Source of the DNA: a virus
Taxonomy: Duplodnaviria > Caudoviricetes
Direction: 5' to 3' (one strand)
IMG/VR virus record: IMGVR_UViG_3300050011_000298
Span: 1-59,098 of that record
DNA length: 59,098 nucleotides
In this document: positions 38,155 through 47,630 of the stretch, in pieces
Layout of the letters: every line of letters starts with the position of its first letter
How positions within the stretch are numbered: position 1 is the stretch's first letter
Translations under genes and position numbers: made by a program
The notes under the pieces: model-generated
Database searches by the model: none
Told to the model about the DNA's origin: nothing
Seen by the model: the letters and a program-made list of their open reading frames with translations, nothing else

Positions 38155-40107
38155 ATGCCATCAAGTATCATCATCGGAACTGGGGGCGGCGGCGGAACCA
38201 GCAGCGGATCGAATGCTTCCGTTGGTCTGAACGGCGGACCTGGGCCCACTAGCTCAACCCAAATCGGAGACATCGTCGCGGGGGTTTTTACTCCATTCAG
38301 TGCGACGAATCCCATCCCGATTACGGGAACCATTCTCGCCAACAACTTGTCGGTCGGTCCAACAGGATCGCCAGTTCCCCCTGACGCCACCTTCATAGGT
38401 GTGCGTGACGCCAGCGGAAATCTTGTCGGCGCGAGCGCAGCTAATCCTGTCCGCATCGATCCAACGGGAACAACTGTTCAACCTGTCTCGGGCACCATCA
38501 CCGCGAATCAGGGAACATCGCCGTGGGTTGTCAGTCTCGCGTCCACGACAATCACAGGCAACGTCACAGTCGTTCAACCCACTGGTACGAACTTGCATGT
38601 GGTAATCGATTCAGGCTCAACCATCACCGCAACGGTCAGCGGCAACAGGTCGAACAATACTGCGGTCCCTGGCGCCACAAACATCGGCGCGCTCGTCGCG
38701 CAGGCTCTCACAACTCCCACTGCGGGATACACGACAGGCAATGAAGTTCTGCTCGTTACCGATTTGCCTGGAAATCTGAACACCGATCTTCAGGCGTACA
38801 ACAACAACGCCGTGGTTGGTGACGGCATTAATGGTTTGATTCCTGTCGGCAACTACGGCACAAGCGTCACCACCGATGCGACGTGGACCTCAGCGACTGG
38901 TCTCAATACTGCAGTCACGCTGGTCTCCAACATCGAAGGCTACAGTTCCATCGCCATCACGCTCAACCAAACAGGCACTCTGACTGCGGGCGCCGTGACG
39001 TTTGAAATCTCAAACGATAACACGAACTGGTATCCAGTCGAAGGCGTTGACCCGAACACAGGCGTCATCGTTCCGTCGACCTACACTCTAGTCATCGGGT
39101 ATTTTATTTTCTTGTTCACTGTGCCTGCACCATATTTCCGTGTCCGACTCAGCACTGCAATCGTTGGATCGGGCACGCTGATAATCGGCCACAACGTAAA
39201 GACGCTACCACAAGTTCACAACATTGCAGGTATCATTTCTGGCACTATCGGCGGCGCGTTAACAAACAACAACGCAGTTCCTGCCGCTACTCTGCTTGGC
39301 GTGCTTCCAGCTATAGCTGAGACTGCGTATAATACCGTCACTTATGTGACGGGAAATCAAGTTCTACCTGTTACGGACTTGCATGGTGCGTTGAACACCG
39401 ACGAGCAAGCGGTAGCGGGCGTTCAACTTGGGGCCACCGCTATTGTTCCGTTTGGAAATATCCCTGCTAACGTGAACGTACCTGCCGTCAATGCAGCGGT
39501 CTTCACAACTTACAACTCTACGCCGCCGACGCTTACGAATGGACAGCCCGCCGTACTACAGTCCGACCCTACTGGCTCGCTGTATGTAGATACGACGGGG
39601 CGTTCAAACACCTTTCGCGGCACCCAGAGTGCGTTCACGCCGTTAGCGGATGCATCCGTTCCGTTTTTCGTCATACAGGGGAGTGCCACTAAGACCATCA
39701 AAATCAGGAACGTCAAAATTACGTGGGCTTGTACGACAGGCAACGCGGCCCCGAACGTCATTCGCGTGCGGCGATACACTGTCATCAGCGGCGGCACACC
39801 CAACGCTATAACGGCGGTGCCTCTGGATACCAATAACGCTGCGGCGACTGCTGTGGTGTCACAGTATACTGTACTGCCGACCACCGCAACGCAATTTAAC
39901 GCTGGTTCGATTTCATCGGAGTACATGCAGTGGATTACGAACTCGGCGGGCTTGGTTGGTCCAGTCGCAGTTCAACTGGAGTTCGGAGTTGATTCCGAGC
40001 AGGCTATCACATTGCGTGGTGTGGCAGATTTTATTGGAATTGAAATTACAGCAGTCGCCGCGCTCGGCGCACTCATGACCGTTCGAATCTCATGGACGGA
40101 GGAGTAA
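38155..40107 (+). CDS. Virion fibre/decoration-like beta-rich protein
   Basis: Thr/Val/Gly-rich; duplicated TNNNAVP.AT..G.L...GN.VL.VTDL.G.LNTD.QA. Confidence 0.65.
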   Translation: MPSSIIIGTGGGGGTSSGSNASVGLNGGPGPTSSTQIGDIVAGVFTPFSATNPIPITGTILANNLSVGPTGSPVPPDATFIGVRDASGNLVGASAANPVRIDPTGTTVQPVSGTITANQGTSPWVVSLASTTITGNVTVVQPTGTNLHVVIDSGSTITATVSGNRSNNTAVPGATNIGALVAQALTTPTAGYTTGNEVLLVTDLPGNLNTDLQAYNNNAVVGDGINGLIPVGNYGTSVTTDATWTSATGLNTAVTLVSNIEGYSSIAITLNQTGTLTAGAVTFEISNDNTNWYPVEGVDPNTGVIVPSTYTLVIGYFIFLFTVPAPYFRVRLSTAIVGSGTLIIGHNVKTLPQVHNIAGIISGTIGGALTNNNAVPAATLLGVLPAIAETAYNTVTYVTGNQVLPVTDLHGALNTDEQAVAGVQLGATAIVPFGNIPANVNVPAVNAAVFTTYNSTPPTLTNGQPAVLQSDPTGSLYVDTTGRSNTFRGTQSAFTPLADASVPFFVIQGSATKTIKIRNVKITWACTTGNAAPNVIRVRRYTVISGGTPNAITAVPLDTNNAAATAVVSQYTVLPTTATQFNAGSISSEYMQWITNSAGLVGPVAVQLEFGVDSEQAITLRGVADFIGIEITAVAALGALMTVRISWTEE

Positions 40108-40108
40108 T

Positions 40109-41500
40109 ATGGCTCTTCAACAGGTAGTTCCGATATCGATGCTGATAGAAGGAGATGGCAGTTCAACTGTCTTCATCTTTGCGTTAGGCAATCTCTATCA
40201 AATCTCTTCAGGCTCAGCCGTTCCTTACGGAAATCTTGGAGCCGTGCCCACAGGTATCGTCGTCAGCGGTATTCCTCCTGTGCCTGTCACATCAGTAACA
40301 ATTGATGGGGTTGGAAATATTACCATCACTCTTGCCTCTGCGTTGGGTGCAGGGATTGTTCTGAACTTTGTTTTCAATCTCCTGTTTAATAGCGGGGACG
40401 TTTCTACGTTTCCTGCCGCAACACTAATCAGTGGCACCGTCGGCATTTCAAATTTTCCTGTCAGCCAGGCTGTGACGCTGGCGTCGACAACTATTACGGG
40501 TACGGTCGGCGTGACAGGCGCGTTCTTTCAAGCAACGCAGCCGATTAGTGGGGCAATCTCATTCACCGCGCCGCAGCATGTCATCAACGATGCCAGCGCA
40601 GCCGTCATCGGACATGTTATCAATGACGCTTCTGCGGCAGTCATCGGACATGTTATTTCCGATACGGGATCGGTGGTTGCTGTCTCCAATTTTCCTGCCA
40701 GCCAAGTCGTGACGTTGGCTTCCACCACAATCACAGGCAACGTCGCAGTCACTGGCGCGTTCTTCCAAGCTACCCAGCCAGTTAGCGGTGCGTTCTTCCA
40801 GGCTACGCAGCCAGTTAGTGGGGCATTTTTTCAGGCTGTACAGCCAGTAAGCGGTGCATTTTTTCAGGCAACTCAACCTGTTAGTGGCGCGTTCTTCCAA
40901 GCAACACAGCCAGTTTCGGTAGTAAGTGGAACTCTCACGTCCGTCACCGCCATCACCAATGCGCTGCCAGCGGGAACGAACGTCCTCGGGCACATCATCG
41001 TAGACAGCGGAACAATCACAGCCGTTACGGCAATCATCAACGCATTGCCGACAGGCGCCAATACCATCGGCAAGGTTGACATCCTCGGGAACGCGGGAGC
41101 GACACTGGACGCAGCCATCAACGGCGCCGCGTCAACGAACGCGCTATGGGCTATGCATGCCCCGTCAACAGCGGCAGCCGCAGCAATGGCAACACCAACG
41201 ACTATCGCGGCGCTGACTGTCGCGAACGTCAAAGCCTCGGCTGGAAACGTATACGGGATATCGGTGAACAATACGTCGGGCACGCCGATCTTTCTCCAGT
41301 TCTACAACACCGCAGGTACTCCTGTGCTCGGGACGAGCGTGATTTTCTCGATCCCCTGCGTCATCGGCATCACGAACATCCCGATTGCCCCGTTCGCGAT
41401 AGCAAATTTTGCAACAGGAATTGGTATCGGAGCATCGACATCCGCGCTCAGCACAGGTTCGCCATCAGTGCCTCCTGTTGTAACTATTTTCTTTAAGTAA
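40109..41500 (+). CDS. Virion fibre-like protein with tandem repeats
   Basis: SGAFFQATQPV x5-6, HVINDASAAVIG x2-3, ALP.G.N.IG.V. Confidence 0.7.
   Translation: MALQQVVPISMLIEGDGSSTVFIFALGNLYQISSGSAVPYGNLGAVPTGIVVSGIPPVPVTSVTIDGVGNITITLASALGAGIVLNFVFNLLFNSGDVSTFPAATLISGTVGISNFPVSQAVTLASTTITGTVGVTGAFFQATQPISGAISFTAPQHVINDASAAVIGHVINDASAAVIGHVISDTGSVVAVSNFPASQVVTLASTTITGNVAVTGAFFQATQPVSGAFFQATQPVSGAFFQAVQPVSGAFFQATQPVSGAFFQATQPVSVVSGTLTSVTAITNALPAGTNVLGHIIVDSGTITAVTAIINALPTGANTIGKVDILGNAGATLDAAINGAASTNALWAMHAPSTAAAAAMATPTTIAALTVANVKASAGNVYGISVNNTSGTPIFLQFYNTAGTPVLGTSVIFSIPCVIGITNIPIAPFAIANFATGIGIGASTSALSTGSPSVPPVVTIFFK
40750..40915 (+). repeat. 33-bp coding tandem repeat (xGAFFQATQPV)
   Basis: Five consecutive units with synonymous differences. 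Confidence 0.9.
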
Positions 41501-41507
41501 GAATCCA

Positions 41508-42380
41508 ATGAGCATGGTCCAAGCATTTTCGTATAACTTCTCCATCATTGAGAACCCGCTCAGTGATGGGGGAAAGTTTGCCACCATATCTGATGTTGAT
41601 TTCACTGGCGTACTCAAAGTTGTAAACGCAGCAGGCAACCTCTGTGTTCCTGTCGCGGCCACGTCGCCTTCAGGCGCAGTCTATGTAGGACCCGTTGCCG
41701 CTCCTGGTGGAGTATGGCCCGCAGACCAGTACTCAGAACTAACGATGTCAATTATCGGAGACAACTCAGACATCGTATGGTGTGCGGTGCGTCAAGGTTC
41801 TCCTACCAGTGGAACCCAGTATCTTGTCAACATAACCACCAACCCGCAGACAATAGCTATCTTTGCAATCGTTGCTGGCGTACAACATATCTTGTTGAAT
41901 GTTTCGCAAGCAAATGCGCAAGGCGACGTTTTCAGATTGATGATAGTTGGAAACGTCTTGACTCTTTTCCGAAACGGCGCGCAGGTTCAGACTGTCACCG
42001 ACACCAATAACTTTATTGCAACAGGTTCTCCAGGTTTTGCTCTCTACACTACAAATCCTGCCCTAACTACCGTGGGTACACGGTTGTGGGCTGCGGGGGC
42101 GAACCAGTCCGCTACTCCAACATTTATTGTTGCTGGAGGTGGGCCAACCACTATTACAGTTCAAATCACCTCGACATCAGGGGGAACAATTTATTACACG
42201 ACGGACGGAACAACGCCAACTGAATCATCTAGCTCTATTGCAAGTGGTGGCACAGTTGTGATTAGCAGGTCAGCTACACTCAAGGCGATTGCTTCGGCTA
42301 CGAATTTTCTCGATAGTTTGGTAGGCAGCTTCTTCTCGCCTACGGCTGCCACACTTCAATTCGCAGGATTGCTTTGGTAA
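41508..42380 (+). CDS. Virion protein with lectin-like body and C-terminal chitobiase/FN3-associated domain
   Basis: ATPTF...TIYYTTDGTTPTESS....TLKAIA. Confidence 0.75.
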   Translation: MSMVQAFSYNFSIIENPLSDGGKFATISDVDFTGVLKVVNAAGNLCVPVAATSPSGAVYVGPVAAPGGVWPADQYSELTMSIIGDNSDIVWCAVRQGSPTSGTQYLVNITTNPQTIAIFAIVAGVQHILLNVSQANAQGDVFRLMIVGNVLTLFRNGAQVQTVTDTNNFIATGSPGFALYTTNPALTTVGTRLWAAGANQSATPTFIVAGGGPTTITVQITSTSGGTIYYTTDGTTPTESSSSIASGGTVVISRSATLKAIASATNFLDSLVGSFFSPTAATLQFAGLLW

Positions 42381-42394
42381 TCTCAGGAGAAGAT

Positions 42395-42646
42395 ATGCTT
42401 ATCGAAATTATTCTCGTCGGCACCGCAGTATTGTCCGTGGTGAACTTCATTCGGGGCTTCAAAACAGGTACGCCTGGGCCCCAAGGTCCTGCAGGTCCTG
42501 CGGGCTCGCAAGGCGTGCCAGGACCCCAAGCAGCGCATCAGTTGGGCGCGGAACACGCTCTGTGTGGTGGATGCGGGAGAGTAGTCGCGCACTTCAGCCT
42601 AACCCCGAAAGGGTTACGTTGCGCAAACTGCGCCCCAGCGGAATAA
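42395..42646 (+). CDS. TM, collagen-like and zinc-ribbon mini-protein
   Basis: N-terminal TM; GTPGPQGPAGPAGSQGVPGPQ; CGGC...CANC. Confidence 0.7.
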   Translation: MLIEIILVGTAVLSVVNFIRGFKTGTPGPQGPAGPAGSQGVPGPQAAHQLGAEHALCGGCGRVVAHFSLTPKGLRCANCAPAE

Positions 42647-42665
42647 GACTATCCTTTCCATAAGT
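42646..42665 (+). promoter_or_regulatory. Putative late promoter (copy 7)
   Basis: AGACT atcctttc CATAAGT. Confidence 0.8.
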
Positions 42666-42678
42666 GAGGGGTACTCTC

Positions 42679-43221
42679 ATGCCTGACGCACTCAGCGACG
42701 CCAAAGCATCTTTGGCTCATGCAAATAAAGCATTTCCGACATCCGTTGCGTCGGCGCAGGCCCCTAAAGCTGCGGTGGCGGCAGCCGCAACTCCCGCGCC
42801 CAGTATTGGGCAGGAACTAGCGGTCAAGAAAATCATGGTGGATAAAGCGCGGTCGGCTCTTCCGAAACTGCATAAGGGCGGTCCAGTGCCCGCTGACGGC
42901 GCATATCAACTGAAGGCAGGAGAACACGTTCTGACGGCGCCTGAAGCCGCCAAGGCGCGCACACACGCCATGCTGGCGAGCGGTATGAAGTCTCTCGCGA
43001 AGCCCGCGCCAGCGCACAAGGGAAACGCATCCATCGGCGCGATTGACCCGATGCCTGCGAAACCGAAGACGACTACGGATACAAATTTGGATACGGGATT
43101 TGGAGTTGGCGGCGCAAACGGTGTCTCGACATCAGGCGCAAAACCAGGCGGAACGATTAAGCCAGAAATCAATGCGACGCCTAAAATGAAACTTCCCGTC
43201 AGCGGCATTTCGAGAACATAA
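42679..43221 (+). CDS. Hypothetical protein with HKGGPV...LKAGEHVL motif
   Basis: Motif resembles the H.GG.V...L..GE.V segment of tail/ejection proteins. Confidence 0.55.
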   Translation: MPDALSDAKASLAHANKAFPTSVASAQAPKAAVAAAATPAPSIGQELAVKKIMVDKARSALPKLHKGGPVPADGAYQLKAGEHVLTAPEAAKARTHAMLASGMKSLAKPAPAHKGNASIGAIDPMPAKPKTTTDTNLDTGFGVGGANGVSTSGAKPGGTIKPEINATPKMKLPVSGISRT

Positions 43222-43233
43222 GGGAGATTTACC

Positions 43234-43938
43234 ATGTCAATGATTCGAACGCTCGGAGCCGTCGCAGTTGGTGCCATCCCGCCGACGCCTGCTGTTCTGG
43301 CTGCCGCGTACTACACCAGCGTCAACTTGGCTACGCCAGGAGTGGTCATCGGCGTCGCATCATTTTCAATTTTGAAAGGCATCGCTACCGTTTTCCTCAA
43401 CGCAACGCTGCCAGTGATAGGGTACAATGGCGAAAATGGGTACCTCCCTGTTCAAACATTCTCGCCCGCAAACCCAACTCAGTCCGTGAACTTTCACAAA
43501 GGCAAGCCGTTTGATATTTATGGCGGAATTGCTCCAGGCCCTCGTGGTCGAGGGGAGCAAGTGACATTGTGGGGTTTCGGGACAGCTACATATTTTAACG
43601 GCAAGCGGATTACTGTGCTGGATAACAATCCGGCCACGAATTCATTTCGGTTCTACATCGCGCACGCGGATGTTGCCAATACCGCCGACACAACTGGACT
43701 GACCGCGCCATCGCCCGCTCAGCATTATCGAGTTGTCCGTCTCGAATGCAGTCAGACTCTCGGCACCGACATTATTTATGTCGGTGATTTAAACGTCTCC
43801 AGCACGCAGTATATGGCGGCTCTGTCTTTGGCTGGTCAGTTCTCCATCGAAATTGCGGGTGAGAATGTTCCGCCCGAAGGTATTTGGATAACTGGAACGG
43901 GCCCAACGGATTCTTGTCAGGTGACGCTCATCATGTGA
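43234..43938 (+). CDS. Virion structural protein (hypothetical)
   Basis: AAGGGAG RBS; VTLWGF.TATYFNG repeat like the first ORF. Confidence 0.6.
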   Translation: MSMIRTLGAVAVGAIPPTPAVLAAAYYTSVNLATPGVVIGVASFSILKGIATVFLNATLPVIGYNGENGYLPVQTFSPANPTQSVNFHKGKPFDIYGGIAPGPRGRGEQVTLWGFGTATYFNGKRITVLDNNPATNSFRFYIAHADVANTADTTGLTAPSPAQHYRVVRLECSQTLGTDIIYVGDLNVSSTQYMAALSLAGQFSIEIAGENVPPEGIWITGTGPTDSCQVTLIM

Positions 43939-43948
43939 CCTAGGAAAC

Positions 43949-43968
43949 TGACTTTCTTTTCCATAAGT
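43949..43968 (+). promoter_or_regulatory. Putative late promoter (copy 8)
   Basis: TGACT ttcttttc CATAAGT. Confidence 0.8.
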
Positions 43969-43983
43969 AGATGAGAAACTCAG

Positions 43984-44715
43984 ATGTTCATCTACGTCAT
44001 AGTTTGCAGCGAGACCCTGAAGATTTACGTCGGGCAACACAAGGGAACCAATCTGCAGAAATATTTGCAGACCAAGTTCTCAAACGCGAAGAGAAACTCA
44101 GGGACGCGGTCTCACCTTTTTGCGGCAATGAAAAAACACCCTCACGAATCGTGGAGCATTCATCCACTTATCTCAGGCGTTGAAATCAGACAAGAACTGG
44201 ATGAACTAGAAAAGCATTTCATCCGAGCGTTGAACGCACAACATCCCGATGTCGGTTATAACATCTGTGACGGCGGCGAAGGTTTCACGGGACCCCATAC
44301 AGAGAAGTGGCGACAAGAAACACTCACGCGAGTCAATGAGTATTGGGCAAATCCCGATAGTCGGATGCAGCGAAGCCAACAAACTACAGAACGCTGGCAA
44401 AGCGGCGAGCTACGAAAGGCGCACGAGATTTGGCGAGCAGAGAATCCAGAAAAGTTGGCATATTGGACGGATAAAAAACAGTCCGCCGAGTCCAACCAAA
44501 AACGCAGCGAGCAACAGAAAATATCTATGTTAGGGAACACGAACAGGCTTGGGCAAAAGCAGTCGCCTGAAGAAATAGCCAAGCGGGTCGCCAAATTGAA
44601 AGGTGTCCCGTTTTCCGACGAGCGCAAAGCCAAACTGAAAGCGTCGCACCAGACTTGCTCTTGTCCCGCGCATGTGCTGAAGCGTCAACAACAAGACTTC
44701 TTAACCCATAAGTAG
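43984..44715 (+). CDS. GIY-YIG homing endonuclease with NUMOD3-like repeats
   Basis: FIY......KIYVGQ...E..FI.......GYN...GG; KQSAES..K.S. Confidence 0.88.
   Translation: MFIYVIVCSETLKIYVGQHKGTNLQKYLQTKFSNAKRNSGTRSHLFAAMKKHPHESWSIHPLISGVEIRQELDELEKHFIRALNAQHPDVGYNICDGGEGFTGPHTEKWRQETLTRVNEYWANPDSRMQRSQQTTERWQSGELRKAHEIWRAENPEKLAYWTDKKQSAESNQKRSEQQKISMLGNTNRLGQKQSPEEIAKRVAKLKGVPFSDERKAKLKASHQTCSCPAHVLKRQQQDFLTHK
44694..44713 (+). promoter_or_regulatory. Putative late promoter (copy 9)
   Basis: AGACT tcttaacc CATAAGT overlapping the end of the GIY-YIG gene. Confidence 0.75.
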
Positions 44716-44726
44716 GGAGACATAAA

Positions 44727-45638
44727 GTGGTAATCGGCGGAACAGAGATCGTAACCTCGTGGCTTCGAGGTGGTAGCGGAGGAGGCGGCGTCTCGTCTAT
44801 CAACACGCTCACTGGTGCGATTACGCTCGCAGCGGGAACAGGCATCACGCTGACTCCGTCTGGAAATACAATCACCATCGCATCGTTTGGAACCATCGCG
44901 GGAAGTATCGCGGGTACGCAGGTGGCTTTTGGAGTTGGTGCGAATACCATAGGCGGCACCAATAATTTTACTTACAATTCCGCGACGGGGGATATAACAT
45001 TAACCGCCCCTTCAGGGTCTGAACGACTCACCTTAGTACCTTCTACTGGCACAGGTTTTCAAACTCGACTCTTAGCAAATACTGACGGGTCTTATCAAAT
45101 TCTCCCTGCCGCAGCGGGAATTCCTACTATAACTGGTAATGCTGCAGGTGTGCTCATTTCCGCATCCACCACCGCCGCCACTGAAATTGTACTGTTTGGT
45201 TCCACAAGCGGCTCAGCGGCAGTGGGAGTAGCCGCTGTTGCGGGAAGTCCGAATCGTATCAATCTTCCTATCATAACAGGAACTGTTGGTCAAGTTCTTA
45301 CAACCGATGGCGGAAGTCCACAGCAAACTAGCTGGACAACCCCTAGCGGCGGTGTGTCCTTAATCGCCAACGGCACCGCTGCTCTTGGGACAACATCCAT
45401 TGCCACGCTTTCTTCTGCGGCAGTTGTTACCGTCGCCGCCTCGGGAGTTCTGACTACGGATTCAATTATCTGGGCGTTCAATGCAGCCCCCAGCACAGGT
45501 TATAGCGGTATCGCGACATCAGGACTTTTTGTTCTAGCATATGTATCGGCAGGCAATGTGAATTTCTTAGTAATCAACCCCACCGCTGGCGGTATAGTGC
45601 CGCCCGCAGCCACTTTAAATTGGCGTGTAGTTCGATAA
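44727..45638 (+). CDS. Tail-fibre-like protein
   Basis: VSSINTLTGAITL.AG.GI; GQVLTTDG.....SW. Confidence 0.7.
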   Translation: MVIGGTEIVTSWLRGGSGGGGVSSINTLTGAITLAAGTGITLTPSGNTITIASFGTIAGSIAGTQVAFGVGANTIGGTNNFTYNSATGDITLTAPSGSERLTLVPSTGTGFQTRLLANTDGSYQILPAAAGIPTITGNAAGVLISASTTAATEIVLFGSTSGSAAVGVAAVAGSPNRINLPIITGTVGQVLTTDGGSPQQTSWTTPSGGVSLIANGTAALGTTSIATLSSAAVVTVAASGVLTTDSIIWAFNAAPSTGYSGIATSGLFVLAYVSAGNVNFLVINPTAGGIVPPAATLNWRVVR

Positions 45639-45651
45639 TTCGTAAGGAAGG

Positions 45652-47586
45652 GTGAGCAGACCCGTGGAAGCAGAATTCAAAATCGACCCAATTCTCCTTG
45701 AAAATTACCGCAAGTCTATAGACTTGTCTGTATTCCCTCGGCAGTTTGTGAAGCAGTTTGAATCGATCACAGACGAAGAGCGCACCGAATGGTTCGAGGG
45801 CAGATTTCGCTGCCTGAAGTATCACCTTTATCTTAGCGGGTTCGCGGAAGCCAGGAAAACTGGCGACCCCGACTTGCCGAAAGAATTCGTTCCAATTCTC
45901 GGAATGGATTTTCAGCCCGACCCGCATGCTCGCCTCTTCGCCTGTTTTCTGCAGAAGCGCCCCGGCGAGAATCTTGTCCTGACCGACTTGGACCAGCTTA
46001 CCAAGAAGAGAATGATTCTGTGGCCGCGCGGTCTTTTCAAAACCTCGGCGGTCAGGGTTGACATCATCCAGACGATTCTGAATTATCCTGATGTTCGCAT
46101 ATGCTTTCTGACGGGCAGCGATAAACTCGCGAAGATACAACTAGCAGCCATCAAGAAATTCTTTGAGAGACCTACTGGCCGATTCAAATGGCTCTTTCCC
46201 GAATTTTGTTTGAAGGATGTGCGGAATAAAAAAATCAAGGAATTCGACGATGAGGGTGTTCCCGACCCGCGCGCCTGGACATCTGAACTTTGCAGAATGG
46301 GTAACGCGCATGAGTTCACTGTCCCATGCCGTACGAATGATATTTTGGCTGAGCCGACGTTTGTCATCTCCACCACCCGCACCACTAAGGCAGGTTCCCA
46401 CTACGACCTGATTTATGTGGACGACCTTGTGAACGAAACCAACTACCGAAAAATCGACGCGCTGGAAAAAAGTTACGACAGCTATATCGATATCTGCCCG
46501 ATTCTGGAGCCCTTCGGATTCATGGTGATAACGGGAACCCGCTACTCCTTCGGCGACACCTACGAGCGCATTCAGGAGGACGCTCAAAAGGAAATGAAGG
46601 AGATGGGGCAGACCATCTGGAAGTTTTTCATTCGCGATTGCTGGAGTCACGGCTGTCAAAATTGCGCTCACACCGACGTGTACCACGACTTCGATGTGAA
46701 CATCGTGCAGCCGCCCTGCACTGTGCCAGGCTGCCAGTGCCCTGGGTTCAAAGACCGAGGAAATAAAGACGTACTGTTCACCGCGACTCGTACTCGCACA
46801 GGCCGTGCAATCGGCCATACGTTAAAGTTACTCGCCCAGAAACTGATTGAATCGAGCCCTGAGTTTTTCGCGAACCAGTATGAGAACAAACCCATCGCGA
46901 CGGGCGCGCAGACGTTTGATGAAACTCTGATCGGGCGGCAAACAATGCATTCGATGGAGCAGATTCCGCCATACAGTTCGGGATTCACTTTTGTGGTGGG
47001 GGACCTTGCGTATATAGGGCAAGCGGGAAAAGACTATTCCGTCCTGTTCATCTGCCGTTTGTTCAAAGGACAAATTTTCGTCTACGCCTGCGAATTTGGG
47101 AACTGGGATTCTGGACAGGTCGCAGAAAATATCGTCAACGTCCTGTTGGTCCATCGTCCGAATGTCATCTTCCTTGAGAAGATGAACGGCTGGGAACCTA
47201 TGGAGCGCATTATCGCCGCGCACGCATCCTCCCGAGGAGTCGTAAAGGTTCCAATTCAATGGGAAAAAGGCTCTCAGGCCGCAAACGCCAAGCTGATTCG
47301 TATTGGGGCCGTTAAGGGTCCTCTCTCGGCACGGCGGCTGTGGTTCTTTGCGGGCATGAAAGGGTATGACCAACTCGTCCAGCAACTGTTGAAGTGGCCC
47401 AAGTCAGGAAAACATGACGATTTTGCGGACTGCGCGGGGATGGTTGTAGAGGCTCCGACGGGATATCAGTTGGAGAACCCGCCTGTCGCGGTCTCTGTCG
47501 CCAACTGGTTACGGAAATTGAGCGTGGAGCAGATACCAGAAGACCAGTACTACGATAACGGCGGGGGAACGGGCTTGTGCATGTAA
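45652..47586 (+). CDS. terL: Terminase large subunit
   Basis: Walker A-like PRGLFKTS, Walker B G.HYDLIYVDD, GTRY coupling motif, F.NQY.N.P, VGDLA, KHDDFAD nuclease motifs. Confidence 0.95.
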   Translation: MSRPVEAEFKIDPILLENYRKSIDLSVFPRQFVKQFESITDEERTEWFEGRFRCLKYHLYLSGFAEARKTGDPDLPKEFVPILGMDFQPDPHARLFACFLQKRPGENLVLTDLDQLTKKRMILWPRGLFKTSAVRVDIIQTILNYPDVRICFLTGSDKLAKIQLAAIKKFFERPTGRFKWLFPEFCLKDVRNKKIKEFDDEGVPDPRAWTSELCRMGNAHEFTVPCRTNDILAEPTFVISTTRTTKAGSHYDLIYVDDLVNETNYRKIDALEKSYDSYIDICPILEPFGFMVITGTRYSFGDTYERIQEDAQKEMKEMGQTIWKFFIRDCWSHGCQNCAHTDVYHDFDVNIVQPPCTVPGCQCPGFKDRGNKDVLFTATRTRTGRAIGHTLKLLAQKLIESSPEFFANQYENKPIATGAQTFDETLIGRQTMHSMEQIPPYSSGFTFVVGDLAYIGQAGKDYSVLFICRLFKGQIFVYACEFGNWDSGQVAENIVNVLLVHRPNVIFLEKMNGWEPMERIIAAHASSRGVVKVPIQWEKGSQAANAKLIRIGAVKGPLSARRLWFFAGMKGYDQLVQQLLKWPKSGKHDDFADCAGMVVEAPTGYQLENPPVAVSVANWLRKLSVEQIPEDQYYDNGGGTGLCM

Positions 47587-47599
47587 CCCTTGCACTTTA

Positions 47600-47619
47600 A
47601 GACTTCTTTTCTCATAAGT
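47600..47619 (+). promoter_or_regulatory. Putative late promoter (copy 10)
   Basis: AGACT tcttttct CATAAGT before the portal ATG. Confidence 0.8.
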
Positions 47620-47630
47620 AGAGAGCATTT

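Noticed and set aside
38155-45638. Diversity-generating retroelement acting on the fibre genes
   Set aside because: No reverse transcriptase and no TR/VR pair with adenine-specific mismatches was seen in the window
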